Assembly: GCF_026571515.1 (NCBI RefSeq)
Contig: NW_026855894.1
Location: 124,001 to 188,000 of the forward strand
Origin: Ruditapes philippinarum
Taxonomy: Eukaryota
Length of the DNA stretch: 64,000 nt
Direction of reading: 5' to 3'
Part shown: piece after piece, positions 1-12,309 of the stretch
Numbering within the stretch: position 1 is the stretch's first letter
How the letters are laid out: the number at the start of each line of letters is the position of its first letter
Position numbers and translations under genes: made by a program
Notes under the pieces: model-generated
Told to the model about the DNA's origin: nothing
The model's database searches: none
What the model saw: only the letters and a program-made list of their open reading frames with translations

Positions 1-27
1 TAAATCAAAATTAATATTGTTTTGCAG

Positions 28-217
28 CCCATTAGAATAACTAGTCTACCTACAAGCAGAAATATACATGAAGACACCGATGCGCGGACTCTCGTTCACA
101 GTATAATCACCTATGACTACAATAATCCGGATCATGACAACGTCACATGCGTTGTTGTCACCAATGAAGAACCGACGCTCCTTGAATTATACCATAACGG
201 AAGCTTTAATCATAACT
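28..217 (+). CDS. Gene A exon (PIRITSLPT...HEDTDART...; first half of an X-type cadherin repeat)
   Basis: tttgcag acceptor, gtaagt donor; same 190-nt length as paralog exon 32205-32394. Confidence 0.9.
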
Positions 218-3200
218 GTAAGTATTTCACTAAGGAATAGCGAGGGCCTCCGTAAATGATTGGTTTTGGTTTCTGACTTGAGAACCTCTCATAGTTTTGA
301 AAAACACTCTACGATAAAAGTCAAGATGAACAGCCAAATCTGGCTTGAAATAATGTACTGTGGAAGAACTGAGGTCTCCCTCCACTTTTTATGATGAAAA
401 GAATTATTCATTTGACCTACACTTTTATCCTTTTTTCAGCATGGTTCATATACAAGAAGAGGTGCCAATATCCTGATTGCGGATACATCGATGCTAGTTT
501 TCTCTGTTTAGAAAACGTCGCCTGTTTGAACTATGACCTTGACAACGAGTATACAATGACGGTCAAATGTAACGATGCGTATGGTTCAGACGACGAGGAG
601 ACGTTCACGTTAAAGGTGACGGAGAATCAACCACCCGTGTTCAGCAATACTCCGAGTAAATCTATAAATTAAGATATTTATAAATTAAAGTATTTCTTTG
701 GTTTTACAAAATTCACGTACGCTGTCAGATAACCGTAACCACATGGCAAAATTTAATTGACAAAATACGAAAAACTCTATGCTGCGTTTTCTCAATTTGA
801 AAAGGAAGTTGTTCATTCATCTTCCATCTGTTAGAATACTAGTATAATAACATTTGTATATGAAAATGATAACATTATTCGTTTTTATACAGTTATTTAT
901 TTCATGTTAAGCAGTAAGATACACTGGTGATAACGTACATTTTAAATGCTGTTGTCACAGCAAACTAGTTTGTAACACGTCCAACACATTCCTCGAAATA
1001 TCCTTGAACGGACTGTGGACTAATTAAAAAGTGTAAATATTGCCGGAAAATACTAAATGATATGTGATACAAAAGTTGTTCATAAATCATTTAGGACGTT
1101 GCTGGTTTTGCCTTGTAACATCGTTTTCGATCAGTTTAAGGCCGTCTGCATTCTGTTTAAAGCTGTTGTGTTCCTAGTTACAAATTTCGCTCCTTAAACG
1201 TTGAATACAACATGAACTAATTTATCACAGGACAAGCTCGTTCGCAGACAGTTTTAAACGTAATTATATATCACGTCCCTAATGCGTTCAGATCGACATA
1301 GTAGTCACGTTCTGGCTTGATAGGTGTTTATCCTGAGCATGTTTCTGTAAGTCTAGTCAGACCGTTCAAACAGTTTTGATCAAACCAGCGACTTTTGCAA
1401 TAATCATGTCTCCACTGAAGAGATGGGCCTAAACAAACACGTTTTGTTGTTGTCTTTTTCTCTTCTTTGTTACTTTACTCAACCATCTCACAATATTTTA
1501 TTACATTTGATTTCGTTGATAAAATGATGTTTTATACCTTTTTAGCAACAATAACGATAAACACTGACAACATAGCACATTTAGACAACATATTCTCTAT
1601 CTACTACACGGACGCTGAAAGTGAAACACTTGACTATAACTACACCATATCACCAATTACACCATCATTGTTTGCTTTCGATGATCGTGGAAACTACAAC
1701 AGTAAGTATGTTACTTAGCAATAATACATCTATAAGAATATGGATGCTATATAGACAGGCTGTACACTATTGAAAGCGCAAGTTCTGTATGTTTGGTACT
1801 CGTTGCTTAAAGTATTGATTTCCCTTCAACTACAAATGATCTATTTCGAACTCAAGAAAGGCAAATTCTTTGTACATGATCAGGAGGTTAGGGGTTAAAG
1901 ATTTGTTAAGTCAATATCACAGCTGGCGTCCACTTAGCTAAAACTTTTACAGAGTTGCAAGGACTATTCCTTATAACATTTAGCGAGTGTGGACATAACA
2001 CTTTCTAATTAGTATTCTAAAATATAGATAATTTATTACAGTATTTGCTAAACCGACAAATGATGAGTGCATACCAAAATCCAAAATGCCAAAAGGTTAT
2101 TGTTTTACAGAATAATAAACTTGTTCCAACTAAAACGAGCTATTGAAAATATTCCAATACTAGTATCAAGTTATTCAGTGTAGCAATACCACGTGACCTG
2201 GACGTAATTTTTGGCATCATTTTCAAGACAAATATTGCTCGATTCGAAAAGGAAAATAGCCGTAAGTATTTTATTTCTGCACCTATTTCTTTTGGATATG
2301 CAACTCTGAAAAGTTTCATGTTTCTTCGCATTTGTAAGCAATTCTGAAAACTACTTTAAACTGTAGTCCAAATATTTGGCTTGGAACTGGTGCCATAATT
2401 GTCAATTGCAGAAAAAGTTCAGATTTACGCCATAAATAATTGCAAAATAAACATATTTTAGTAGGATTTTGCCTTCCGTACTCCCGGTTGATTATATAAT
2501 TACAACTTTTAAATCATGGCGTAGACCAGATTATACAAGAAAACAAAATAGCTTGCAACTGAAGTCCGCTCGTATACAAGCAACTTTCAAGGTTATACAG
2601 AGTGTTTGATAGAACGGCTCATATACTGAAGGAAAAACACTATTCGATGGCAAGCTTATATTTTTCTTCGAAGAATGGTGCATATCCCAAAGAAATCGGT
2701 GCAGAAATAAAATACTGACGGCTATTTTCCTTTTCGAATCGAGCAATATTTGTCTTGGAAATGATGCCAAAAATGACGTCCAGGTCACGTGGTATTGCTA
2801 CACTGTTATTATGTATTTTGCCTTAACAAATGTATTTTTTTGTACTCTGACTTTACTTTACCTATAAATATTTTCTTTTTCATGAACATTCAGGTAATCC
2901 AGCAAATGTAACCACAACAATATTTCAATGGGATCTTGTGAACAGTACATTTTCCATTACTTTCTGTGGCAGAGAGAGACGAAACATTGTCTGTTCTTCA
3001 TTTACTATTGATATTCGAGGTAAACCCACTATAACGTATACTTATAAATCTACACAGCCATGCATATTTGTACCATATATCATAGTGTTTCACAAATTGC
3101 TATTTAAGCACAATAGAATCTGGCACATGCTTAAAGCAATCATTATGAATTTTAGAAATAGAGGAGAAAGATAAGCTTTTGACCTGTTTGAATGCTCAAG

Positions 3201-6200
3201 TAATACGTTGGAAAGAGTTTGACAAATATTATGACTATGCCTTAAAAGTGATGTAAATCAATTCAAGATATATTTTGTCAAAATACACATATTTTGGCAA
3301 GAATTGTAAAGAGTGGTTGAAAATTGCACCATATCAGATTCTGTATATTTATAACAAAAAGGATTACCTTAAAATTGTGTATTGATTAAGTAGGAAATCC
3401 ATCATTCCAAGAGATTCTACAGATAAATCACTTTCCTTGACAGTGTACTTCCATTCTTAAACATGAATAAATGTCAATATATTTTGATTATTAATTAAAT
3501 AAACTGATTTAATAGACGTAAGTTTGTTGTATGTTTAGAATATTGTGGGCCAACACCTGTTTGCACGGACGCTTCTTCTACAATAACGGACCAGGAAGCA
3601 GCAGGAAGTGAGGTATTCCAAATTACTGTCACCGGAACTGGATACACACAACTTACTTACGTTATTATATCCGAATACCCGGACCTATTTTCTGTTGATC
3701 CATTCACAGGTAAACAGTGGTTGGAATTTTGCCAAGCACTATTTGATCAGATAATGTATCTTTGAGCCTAGCTATGAAATAAATTGGTACTTAATACAAA
3801 CTGAATGCAGAACCAAAATATCTTAGGCTAACATACACTTGCTTTTGAGTTTTTTTATGCTTTAGAATTTTGAAAGCTATTGAAACAATTCTTCAGAGTG
3901 ACAAGAAGTTCAATGAAACAGAAGAAGTAATCTGTCTGAACTTGCAATGTGTATTTGTTTGATATCTGTAACTAGTTTCTATATATAATTATTTAAGTAC
4001 TTACTACTATTACAGTTTTGTAAAATTAACATTGTTTCGTTTATTTTCACAAATTAAAATTATAAGTCAATTCATATATGTAAAAGTACAAATAAAAAAA
4101 GAACAGATTCTCTGCTGGTAAATGTGTCTCTCAAGTAACTGTGTTCGACAACTTGGCTATTAGTTTCCATTTCAATTTAAACAGGAAGTGTGACAATGGT
4201 TTCATCATTAGAAGCAACCAATCCACCAAACCCAAGCACCTACTCCCTCGTTGCGAATGTGTATGACACTGCTGCCTGTGCTCACGCAGCCTGCGCACTG
4301 AGCTTGGAAGTGACATTCACGAATAAGGTTCGTATGAATCTTTCAGTACCTTTTATGAACTGGTTCATACAAACCAAGCCTGCGATATTTTCAGTTTTGC
4401 TGTTTTGAACGTTCTCTATAGGATTTGTTCTGCAACATCAGTGTAATTTATGTCATGTGGAGGTTGTAAAAAGTCACCCCGTACATTTAATTAAAGATGT
4501 TACTTTCGATCCTTAAAGATCGTTAAGCGTTGTTTATACATGTCTGTGGTATTTTGTAATGTTCTAGTTGTTTGGGTTACAATATTCTTGCTTGAAAACT
4601 GTATAAGCACCATTAAGATATATTGCCTGCTTTTTAAATTTGTCTGTTGAAACCTTGTCAGTGATATGCAGTCTTCATTACCTCTGATCCCCTAGGGCAC
4701 ACGCATGTTTTCGTCAGGTGACCATATGCTGCTTTTGGTGGAATGGCACGAACTTGTCTTATAAACGGTTTCATGATTATCGCCTTGTGAAACCACTTGC
4801 AAATATATTAATGATTAAATGGTAACTTGGTGCGTAAACGGTAGCTGATACTTTCCAGTAACATCCATAAACAGGCTCAATCAAACCGAGCCTGCAACAT
4901 TTTCAATTTTGTCATTTTTAGGAGCTGTGTTTTCACTAATGAATTTGCCTTATCATGTTTGTCTTTTTTACAACGGTCGTACCACCTCACCGGCTTTCTT
5001 GGATAATTTTGTAAAATTTCATCCGAGTGAATGAATAATCATACACAACTTCTGAAAAAAGCCGTGAGATACAAATAACCATTAGACTCAATTGTCATGG
5101 TGAAATTTTGCTTTGATGTCGTACACTATTCAATAGAGAAAGTAACATCGGTAAGGGGGATCCTCGAGAACAATGAAACCAATGAAATAGTTGACAATTG
5201 CAATTTGGGTTTTAATATACCAGCTCATGAGATTTATCGTTATTTGCAATATAATTAATCCATCTAACTCGCATCAGCTTAAGCTATATCCAATTTAACA
5301 GTAGAGACTTTTTTCAGATATTCAAAACGTATTTAAAAAAGGTTAAGGAAGTTGTTTCCTTAAAAATGTCAACAATTGTTTAGTTTATATTTCACAACAC
5401 TTGCAAATATATTTAACAATTGTAAAATTGACATTTTAATATAAAGCCAAGCAATGGTCGCTCCAGATGCCTCTGTAATTGCTTGCTGAAAACTGCTATA
5501 ATCAAGTTAAAATTTATGTATGTAACTCTTTGTTCACATTTAAGGATATAAGCATAACCAACATGGCAAGTGTTAGCGTAAATATTCATGAGGACACGAC
5601 AGAATCTGTAACAATTGTCACCATAGCAACCTCTGATGCTAATACAAATGATGCCGTCACATGTGAGGTTGACGAGGCCGCCTCAACACCGGCCAATAAC
5701 CACATTTTCTTCGCTGTTGAAACTGATACTGATTCTAACGGTTTGTGATTTCTGTTTGAAATGTTCTGGTGCTAGGGGGCGTGTTCGGTAAATTGTTATT
5801 TCCAGTACCGTCCATGAATAGGCTAAATCAAAACGATCCTGCAACAATTGTAATTTTGCCGTTTCGGACTTTCTTTAAGATTTTATTTCTTTCTATCTTA
5901 TCAATTTATTTAACATTGCTTTGAATAAGTCTCTATAATACATGTATTTGCTTTGCATGTTGAAAACGCCTGTTATAAAAAGAACATAGAAAACATACAT
6001 GTGAATTGTATACACATTTTATTGCATTCCAACACTTAAACAAACAAAATAATTAAGAAACTTCGTCAAACTCCCATTTTCATTGATCTTATCCTTTTCA
6101 AATTCAGCATGTTGAATTTACCTAAATTATATATGATTAACTTATGCATTTTGCTTATGAATACCATTTTATATTATATGGTTATTAACTAATCGCGATG

Positions 6201-7090
6201 TATATTATATAATTTTGGAATTATCAGCGGGTCTGTCCCATCATTTCTTTATTAAAATATTTCACGATATCTTTCTTATTTATCAAGTGTAACATGTTAA
6301 CCATTGTATGAATTTACAGTGTTCCAGATTATAAGCAAAGAAGGGCCGGGTTTTGATTATGATGTTGCAGACACGTATACAATAGTGGTCGTTTGTGAAG
6401 ATAATTATGGTTCGTCTGACACAGCTACAGCAACGGTCTCTATTCTAGAGAACCAAATTCCCACAATGGATAACTTAAATGGTGAGTATTAAACAGATTA
6501 TATTCGTTTTTCAGTTCTTATTTTCTTTTCGGTTGGGAATTAACTCGCACTTACACAGTACAAAATACAAGAAACTTTATTTTATATCAGGTTACAAATA
6601 ACAAGAAACATTAGATAAAAAAGTATTTTTCCGACAAAACAAAAGGCATAAAACATATATTCCAAAATATAAACGATCAGAAAAGTAAAAACGTTTAAAG
6701 CTAGTAGCATGAAATAAAAGTAGCGTGATTGAGAATAACTTAACAATAAGATGTGTTAAATTGAAGCAAAATATAATAATTAAGGGACTAACAGTTCAAA
6801 AGTAACCTACTAGTGTAGTATAGAATGAGCTGACAATTTATATATGAACTCACTTTTTCACCTTAGAGCTTTGTTAGTGTTACAAAATATGTACTAAATG
6901 TTTTATCTTTTAAAATGCAATTCTTATGGATGATGTCATTGAAATTGATAATTACGTATATACTAAAAATGTAGTTACATTACATGTAATCATCATATTC
7001 AATGTAACTATTATTGAAATAAGTTTGGTGCATTTTTTAAAGTTGTTGAGTGCACTACTACTGCTTCATAATAATAATAATAATAATAAT

Positions 7091-7135
<45 letters not shown>

Positions 7136-10100
7136 TATAATAATAATAATAACAATCATTGTTATTCATAAAATCATGGTTATCATAAAATATTTTCAGC
7201 TGGAGATATTATCAATGTAGATCCTATGACTGTGAAGTCTGGGGCCATCATTTTTACGCTACAGACAACAGATGCTGAAAACGACCCCCTCCTGTATTCC
7301 TGTAATGTTACAGACAGCTTCGTTCCTCTACAGTGTTTGTCAGGTATATACAATATTTTTTATCAATGTTTGATAAGAACGGCAGTATGCATTGACATAT
7401 CTTGATTTTAAGAATTTGAAGAGTTGCCTTTTTCAGGAAGGTATCTGTATGCATAACAAATATGATAGGGTAATAAACCGAAAATATTCAGTAAAAGTAA
7501 ATCCTATGAACACTTTTATAATTTTTGTAAAAGTTGTTTCCCTTGTGTGCAAGTGTAGGCACTACCCAGTAATTTAATATCGATCATCTAAGATTTAGAT
7601 ATTAATTTCGGCTTCACCTGCATAATAAACAAAACTTTTAGATCTTTTAAGTTTGGTACCATACTCTGGTATAAAATAAAAAGTATTGTCGTGGTCTTAA
7701 AACAAACTTAGAACCTGGGCATGAGTGTCATATACTGTTATTAGAGAATAGTAATAATTAAGATTGTGTATTCTTCAAGAATAGTAAGAATTAAAAGTAT
7801 ATGTACAAAACGAATAGTCATATATCCACAGGCTAATAGAATATAACTATCCTTTTCTATCAGCTACATAAATTGCTTATAAGACCAATTGATGGTGTCA
7901 TATTTTATTTAGTATCAGTTACAAACTTATCGTACACTTATTCAATTCTCTTATGACTAATTAACTTTCACTTAACCCCTAGTAGTATGCTAGTGTTCGA
8001 TGGTAAAATATAAGAACGGTAGATTAAGGGTGAAACAAAGGTTACAAATAATGTATTGCATTCACTGACCAATCCAATGAAACGATGGTAACTTACTCTA
8101 AAGTTATCAGTTCCATTCAAAGCCTTTCGCGAGTAAACAAAAACGGCTCAATCTTTTTAAGTGGTCAGTACCGATGGAGGTTGTCATTGAAAGGCATGTT
8201 AAGAGTCAAAAAGTTATTTGTTTGCTTTAGATGGTGTCGTATCGTTAAAGAGAGATGTAAGAATACCAGATGAAGAGGGGGAAATGTATATCATTACTTT
8301 GTGCATAGAAGAAAATGTTCACACTCATGTGGTCTGTGAAAATCTCAACGTAAATATTTCATGTGAGTTCCTCCGCAATATTAGTAGTAAATTTTTATCA
8401 TCTTAATCTTGTAATTATATTTTTATTTCACAATTTGTCCATTAATTTATCCTCATTTTTTATTTTTATATAAGATTAAATCTGAAAATAGGGAAAACTT
8501 AAGGCTTTTAGAACCAATTATTCTTTACATATACATAAATGTTACCAAGATCAGATGTGCCTAAGTAGAAGCAATTAAATCAATTCTGGAGGCAAGCGTC
8601 TTTCAAGAGCATAATTGTATTGTAAAAATATCTTTTTTTTATTAAATAGCTTCAAAAACAAATCCTCAACTAAACAATCTGCCAGAAACAGTAAGTTTCG
8701 ACGAAAACTCAGCTGTTGGGACAACATTATTTACTGCAACAGTAGATGATCCAGATGCACTGGACGTGCATACATTCTCTATAACAGTTTATCCAAAATC
8801 TGCAACTTCAGCATTTTCACTTGATGCGAATGGTAAAGTAAAACTAATATTTTCTAGAAAATTAAGGATCGCAAAGTTATAAAAAATAGGGGAATCAACA
8901 ACAAAAAACATCAATACGATGCATGTTTAGGTCTTAATACTCAGAAACTGAAACAAACAGGCAAAGTTATTTGTTGTTATGTTACGATATAATTATATCA
9001 ATTCTTCATCCAGTTGTGAATACAGTTACCATTTATGAATAAGCACTTAAGGAACTAATGTCTCTAAATGGATTATTATTTCACAAAGCAAGAATGGTGT
9101 ACTTTGAACAAGACCTTCATTAAATATCAGTATATATAAGTAAGGAATTAAACATAATTGTAGGATATCTGACTCGGAGGATATGCATTAGAAAGGAATA
9201 AATAAACTGCCAGTTTTAAAATGTGTCATAGAAAAATGGTTTTCTTTCAGCCGGAGTTTTGACATTGCAAGAAGCTCTTGACTACGAGACATTGAATCAT
9301 TATGAGTTTTTGTTCAGTGTTAGAGATGTATATTTACCTGGACTGGAAGAGAAATACTTAAACCTCACTGTCACTGATGTCAATGAAGCTCCAGTACTTA
9401 CAATGTTTCAAACCACTATGAAACAATTGGAAAAATCAGAAATTTAAATGCCCTTGTTATGTTTTTTTTTTCTGGAAAAACTTGGGATTTTTGGAGGAGG
9501 GATGCTCGAAAAGTTTTTTATTTTATTTTATCTGTTTAAAAAACAAAAGTTAAAATAAAAGCTAAAAATTTACTGTTATTATTTTTGTCTATTTTTTTAA
9601 TTTAAAATTTTTGTTTTTAAAATCAAAAAAGGAAAAAAAAATTTTTCCAAAAATTTTCTTTCCCTCGTTTAAAATATTTCCACTTATCTTTTGGTTTTAT
9701 TTAAAAAACAAATATATTTTTTCCAATTTTCACCTATTGAGCTTTTTTCTGTATTTCCCTCTACCCGAAATTTTTTACAATTTTTAAACATTTTTTATGG
9801 GGAAATCTAAATTTTTTTGTTTTTTAAAATTTCCCATCCAAAGTTAACAATTTATTCGGGTTAATCTTTTCTTTAAAAAACATATTTTCTTTAATTTTAC
9901 AGACCGGGTTTTGGGGTTTCTTTTTTAAAATTTTTAGTACTGATGTGGGAAAAAGGGCAAAATATGAAATTTATCAAATTTTATCCGGGAAATTACATAG
10001 TTACTTTTTTTTTCGAGCGGAACCGGTTTAAACGTTTCGCCCCGGGTTGGGATTTTTTAAAAAGGCGTTTTTTTTTACCCCAAAACCCCAAAATTTCAGA

Positions 10101-12309
10101 TAAAGTGCTCAGCGGGTTGGGCTTTGCGATATTTAAAAAATTAATTTTACATTTCCTTAGTGGAATTTTTTCCCCGGTTTTAAGGGACAACATTGAAATA
10201 TTTTCAAATTTTTGTAAAACCAAAAATCTTTTTTGATCCTTTGTTTTTATAACAACCCCTGATAAAGATTTGGGGGATACGGAGAATTTTTTTTTTCGTA
10301 ATTGGTTTAAAATGGGGGTCAAAAAAACTTTTCGATTTGAGAACTGGGGAACTTTTTTTATCTAACTTTTTGATTGGAAGTATTTAATTTTTTCTTTTTT
10401 TCACTGTACAAGATAGACGGGGAATGATCCGAAAATGGACATGTTGAGTCAAAAATAAAAATTTTTGACATCGTTTAGATTTCCCCATTCCAAAGAAAGA
10501 AAGTGCAAATGTAACTTTGTACAAAAAATTGGTGTGTGTGGGGGGACAATTTTTGTTTTAGAGGGGTTTTCCCTTTTCTTCTTATTCCTCAAATTATATT
10601 TTGCGGGGGCTGAAAACTTACCAAAAAATGTCAAATAAAACCGAGACCCTAATAAAAAATTTTTTTTAAAAACAAAAAATGAAATTGCATGCTAGGCTTG
10701 ATATCATAATTTATTTAAATTTTTTTTGGGGAAAGATCGTTAAAACTTATAAAGCACAAAATTAAAATTGGGAAAGAGGGGAAAGGAAAAACCCCGTATT
10801 TTTTTTTAATGGTCAAAACAAAGTTCTTCTTATTTTTAAATTATTTCAAAAATTTAGTTAGTTAATTCTTTTTCCCCTTTTGTTGTTTTTAAACGTTTAA
10901 AGGGAATTTCAAGGGGCATGGATAAAACAATGGGAAAATAGAATGGGAAAAGGAAAATCCGTTTCGTTTGTTTTCTTTATTATTACAAAATAGCTTATTT
11001 TTAAAAACCTTTTTGTATCCAAACCCGTTAAAAGTTTAAAAAAAACCTTTTTGATGATTGCAATAATCTAAAATCACTTTTGGAAATTAAATTTTTGTTA
11101 AAAAAATGGATGTTTCGGCAATTTTTTTATTTTATTAAAATTACTATTTATTTTCTTCAAAGTATGATTGGCAATTTTTAAATTAAAAGATTTTTTATTT
11201 TCAGGTATGCCCCCCTCGAAAAATGGGGCCCCGCCCTTTTCCTTTAGGGAGCCCTTACCTTTAGCTATACCCCCTTTCCCTAAAAAAACAAACCCAGGGG
11301 CCCCTTGTGGGGTGAATATCCCCCAAAACCCGCAAAACGAAATTGAAAAATCCAAAATGTAAAAAACAAAAAGATTCAAAGATTTTTGGGGAAAAACTAA
11401 AAAAACAGTGCATAAATGAAGGCCCATAGCAAAAACAAAAACCCCTTCAAAATTTTTCCAAAAAAAATATATGTTTCCAAAAGCAGTCAAAATAGGTTGG
11501 AAAAGGGAAAAATATTTCAAATTTTAAAAATATGTATGGGAAATTTTTCCCCCGGGTTTTAGGTCAAGGGAAAAAGATGAAGGTTTGTCAATGTTAGGCC
11601 CACCCGACAAAAACAATCTTGATTTGGTAAATTTGGGGTAATGAGACAATTTTTGTAAAAACAAAAAATAAAAATTGGGAAGGGTACGTAGACAATCATT
11701 ATATCAAGGAACAGTACAACCAAATGTACTTGATTATATGTCCATTAGCTTAAAATATAATAATTTTAAAGCTAATTGTTTTTTGTGTCATCTTACATTT
11801 TCTAAAATAGTTACTCATTGGCAATATAGTAGAGCCATCTTTTAATACTACATGAATTGCGTTTTAGCAATTAGTTTGTATTGTGTATAAAGTCAAATGT
11901 TATTTGATTTATATTTTGTTACATTCATCACAATTAATATCGTTTTACAAGAAAAACAATAAAAGTGGAACAAACAATCAACACAGGATAAGTTTTAAGG
12001 TTTATTTAATGATGATAATGATAATATCATTTTGTTCAGTTGGTAGGTATCTCATATCGAGCTAATCAAATGTTTTAACCGTTTATTATAAAGCAAATAT
12101 TTCAACTTTCCGCAGAAAAAAAAACAACACATATTCATTTCTGAGGCATATTCGGCCTTTTTAAATTAATTTAATTTGATTTATATTTTGTTTACAAAAA
12201 GAAAAAAAATACAGCGTTCCCCTTTAATTGTTTATTTTCCTGTACTTTCAGTGACAGTTCAAAATATTTACCGGATATAGGTGAACCGGCATCTGCCATG
12301 GACTTTTAG
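28..12309 (+). CDS. Gene A: atypical cadherin-like (protocadherin/cadherin-related) type I membrane protein, 5' truncated by window edge; paralog of gene B
   Basis: Exons 28-217, 440-655, 1546-1701, 2894-3019, 3539-3709, 4185-4327, 5545-5740, 6320-6481, 7200-7343, 8231-8362, 8650-8832, 9251-~9438 splice in frame at GT-AG sites; cadherin motifs (ENQPPVF, FDYD, LDYE, DVNEAP, DDPD); garbled homologs of the TM and tail exons at ~9903-10660, ~10890-10960, ~11205-11636; intact last exon 12252-12309. Confidence 0.9.
440..655 (+). CDS. Gene A exon (WFIYKKRCQYPDCG...[12 protein letters not shown]) with Cys-rich insertion
   Basis: AG/GT bounded, 216 nt, matches 33057-33272. Confidence 0.9.
1546..1701 (+). 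CDS. Gene A exon ([13 protein letters not shown]...[10 protein letters not shown])
   Basis: AG/GT bounded, 156 nt, matches 34377-34532. Confidence 0.9.
2176..2805. mobile_element. Non-autonomous DNA transposon (MITE), ~125-bp TIRs, CAGTG termini, 5-bp TSD TTATT (hAT5-like)
   Basis: cagtgtagcaataccacgtgacctggacgt... mirrored by ...acgtccaggtcacgtggtattgctacactg; ttatt on both flanks. Confidence 0.88.
2894..3019 (+). CDS. Gene A exon (NPANVTTTIFQWD...[19 protein letters not shown])
   Basis: AG/GT bounded, 126 nt, matches 35331-35456. Confidence 0.9.
3539..3709 (+). CDS. Gene A exon ([10 protein letters not shown]...[11 protein letters not shown]); not in ORF track
   Basis: AG/GT bounded open frame, 171 nt, homologous to 36078-36251. 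Confidence 0.9.
4185..4327 (+). CDS. Gene A exon ([19 protein letters not shown]...ACAHAACALSLEVTFTNK)
   Basis: AG/GT bounded, 143 nt, matches 36957-37099. Confidence 0.9.
5545..5740 (+). CDS. Gene A exon ([19 protein letters not shown]...ETDTDSN)
   Basis: AG/GT bounded, 196 nt, matches 37459-37654. Confidence 0.9.
6320..6481 (+). CDS. Gene A exon ([14 protein letters not shown]...[11 protein letters not shown])
   Basis: AG/GT bounded, 162 nt, matches 39113-39274. Confidence 0.9.
7068..7152. repeat. (AAT)n microsatellite
   Basis: Direct reading; produces the spurious poly-Asn ORF. Confidence 0.95.
7200..7343 (+). CDS. Gene A exon ([14 protein letters not shown]...TDAENDPLLYSC...QCLS); not in ORF track
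   Basis: AG/GT bounded, 144 nt, matches 40272-40415. Confidence 0.9.
8231..8362 (+). CDS. Gene A exon ([16 protein letters not shown]...LCIEENVHTHVVCENLNVNIS)
   Basis: AG/GT bounded, 132 nt, matches 40565-40696. Confidence 0.9.
8650..8832 (+). CDS. Gene A exon ([24 protein letters not shown]...DDPDALD...FSLDAN); not in ORF track
   Basis: AG/GT bounded, 183 nt, matches 41397-41579. Confidence 0.9.
9251..9438 (+). CDS. Gene A exon ([17 protein letters not shown]...[10 protein letters not shown]); 3' end corrupted
   Basis: Canonical LDYE and DVNEAP motifs; homologous to 42983-43170; sequence degrades after ~9410. Confidence 0.85.
9903..10660 (+). other. Garbled copy of the large two-cadherin-repeat + TM exon of gene A
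   Basis: Collinear residual matches to 43473-44221 (gtactgatgt, ttacatag, gattgga, gatccgaaaatg, tgacatcgttt, aagtgca..ctttgtac, gaggggttt) with homopolymer expansions and frameshifts. Confidence 0.75.
11205..11636 (+). other. Garbled copy of the proline-rich cytoplasmic exon of gene A
   Basis: tttcag|gtat start and residual collinear similarity to 45429-45851. Confidence 0.6.
12252..12309 (+). CDS. Gene A terminal coding exon (DSSKYLPDIGEPASAMDF*)
   Basis: tttcag acceptor; same 58-nt length and phase as 46136-46193; shared D.SKY..DIG.P..AMDF*. Confidence 0.88.

Noticed and set aside
6926-7171. Poly-Asn ORF
   Set aside because: Translation of an intronic (AAT)n microsatellite
9943-11520. 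Lys/Phe/Gly/Pro-rich ORFs on both strands (9943-10236, 9993-10322, 10449-10634, 11098-11520, 11168-11362)
   Set aside because: Products of homopolymer-corrupted sequence (AAA/TTT/GGG/CCC codons)
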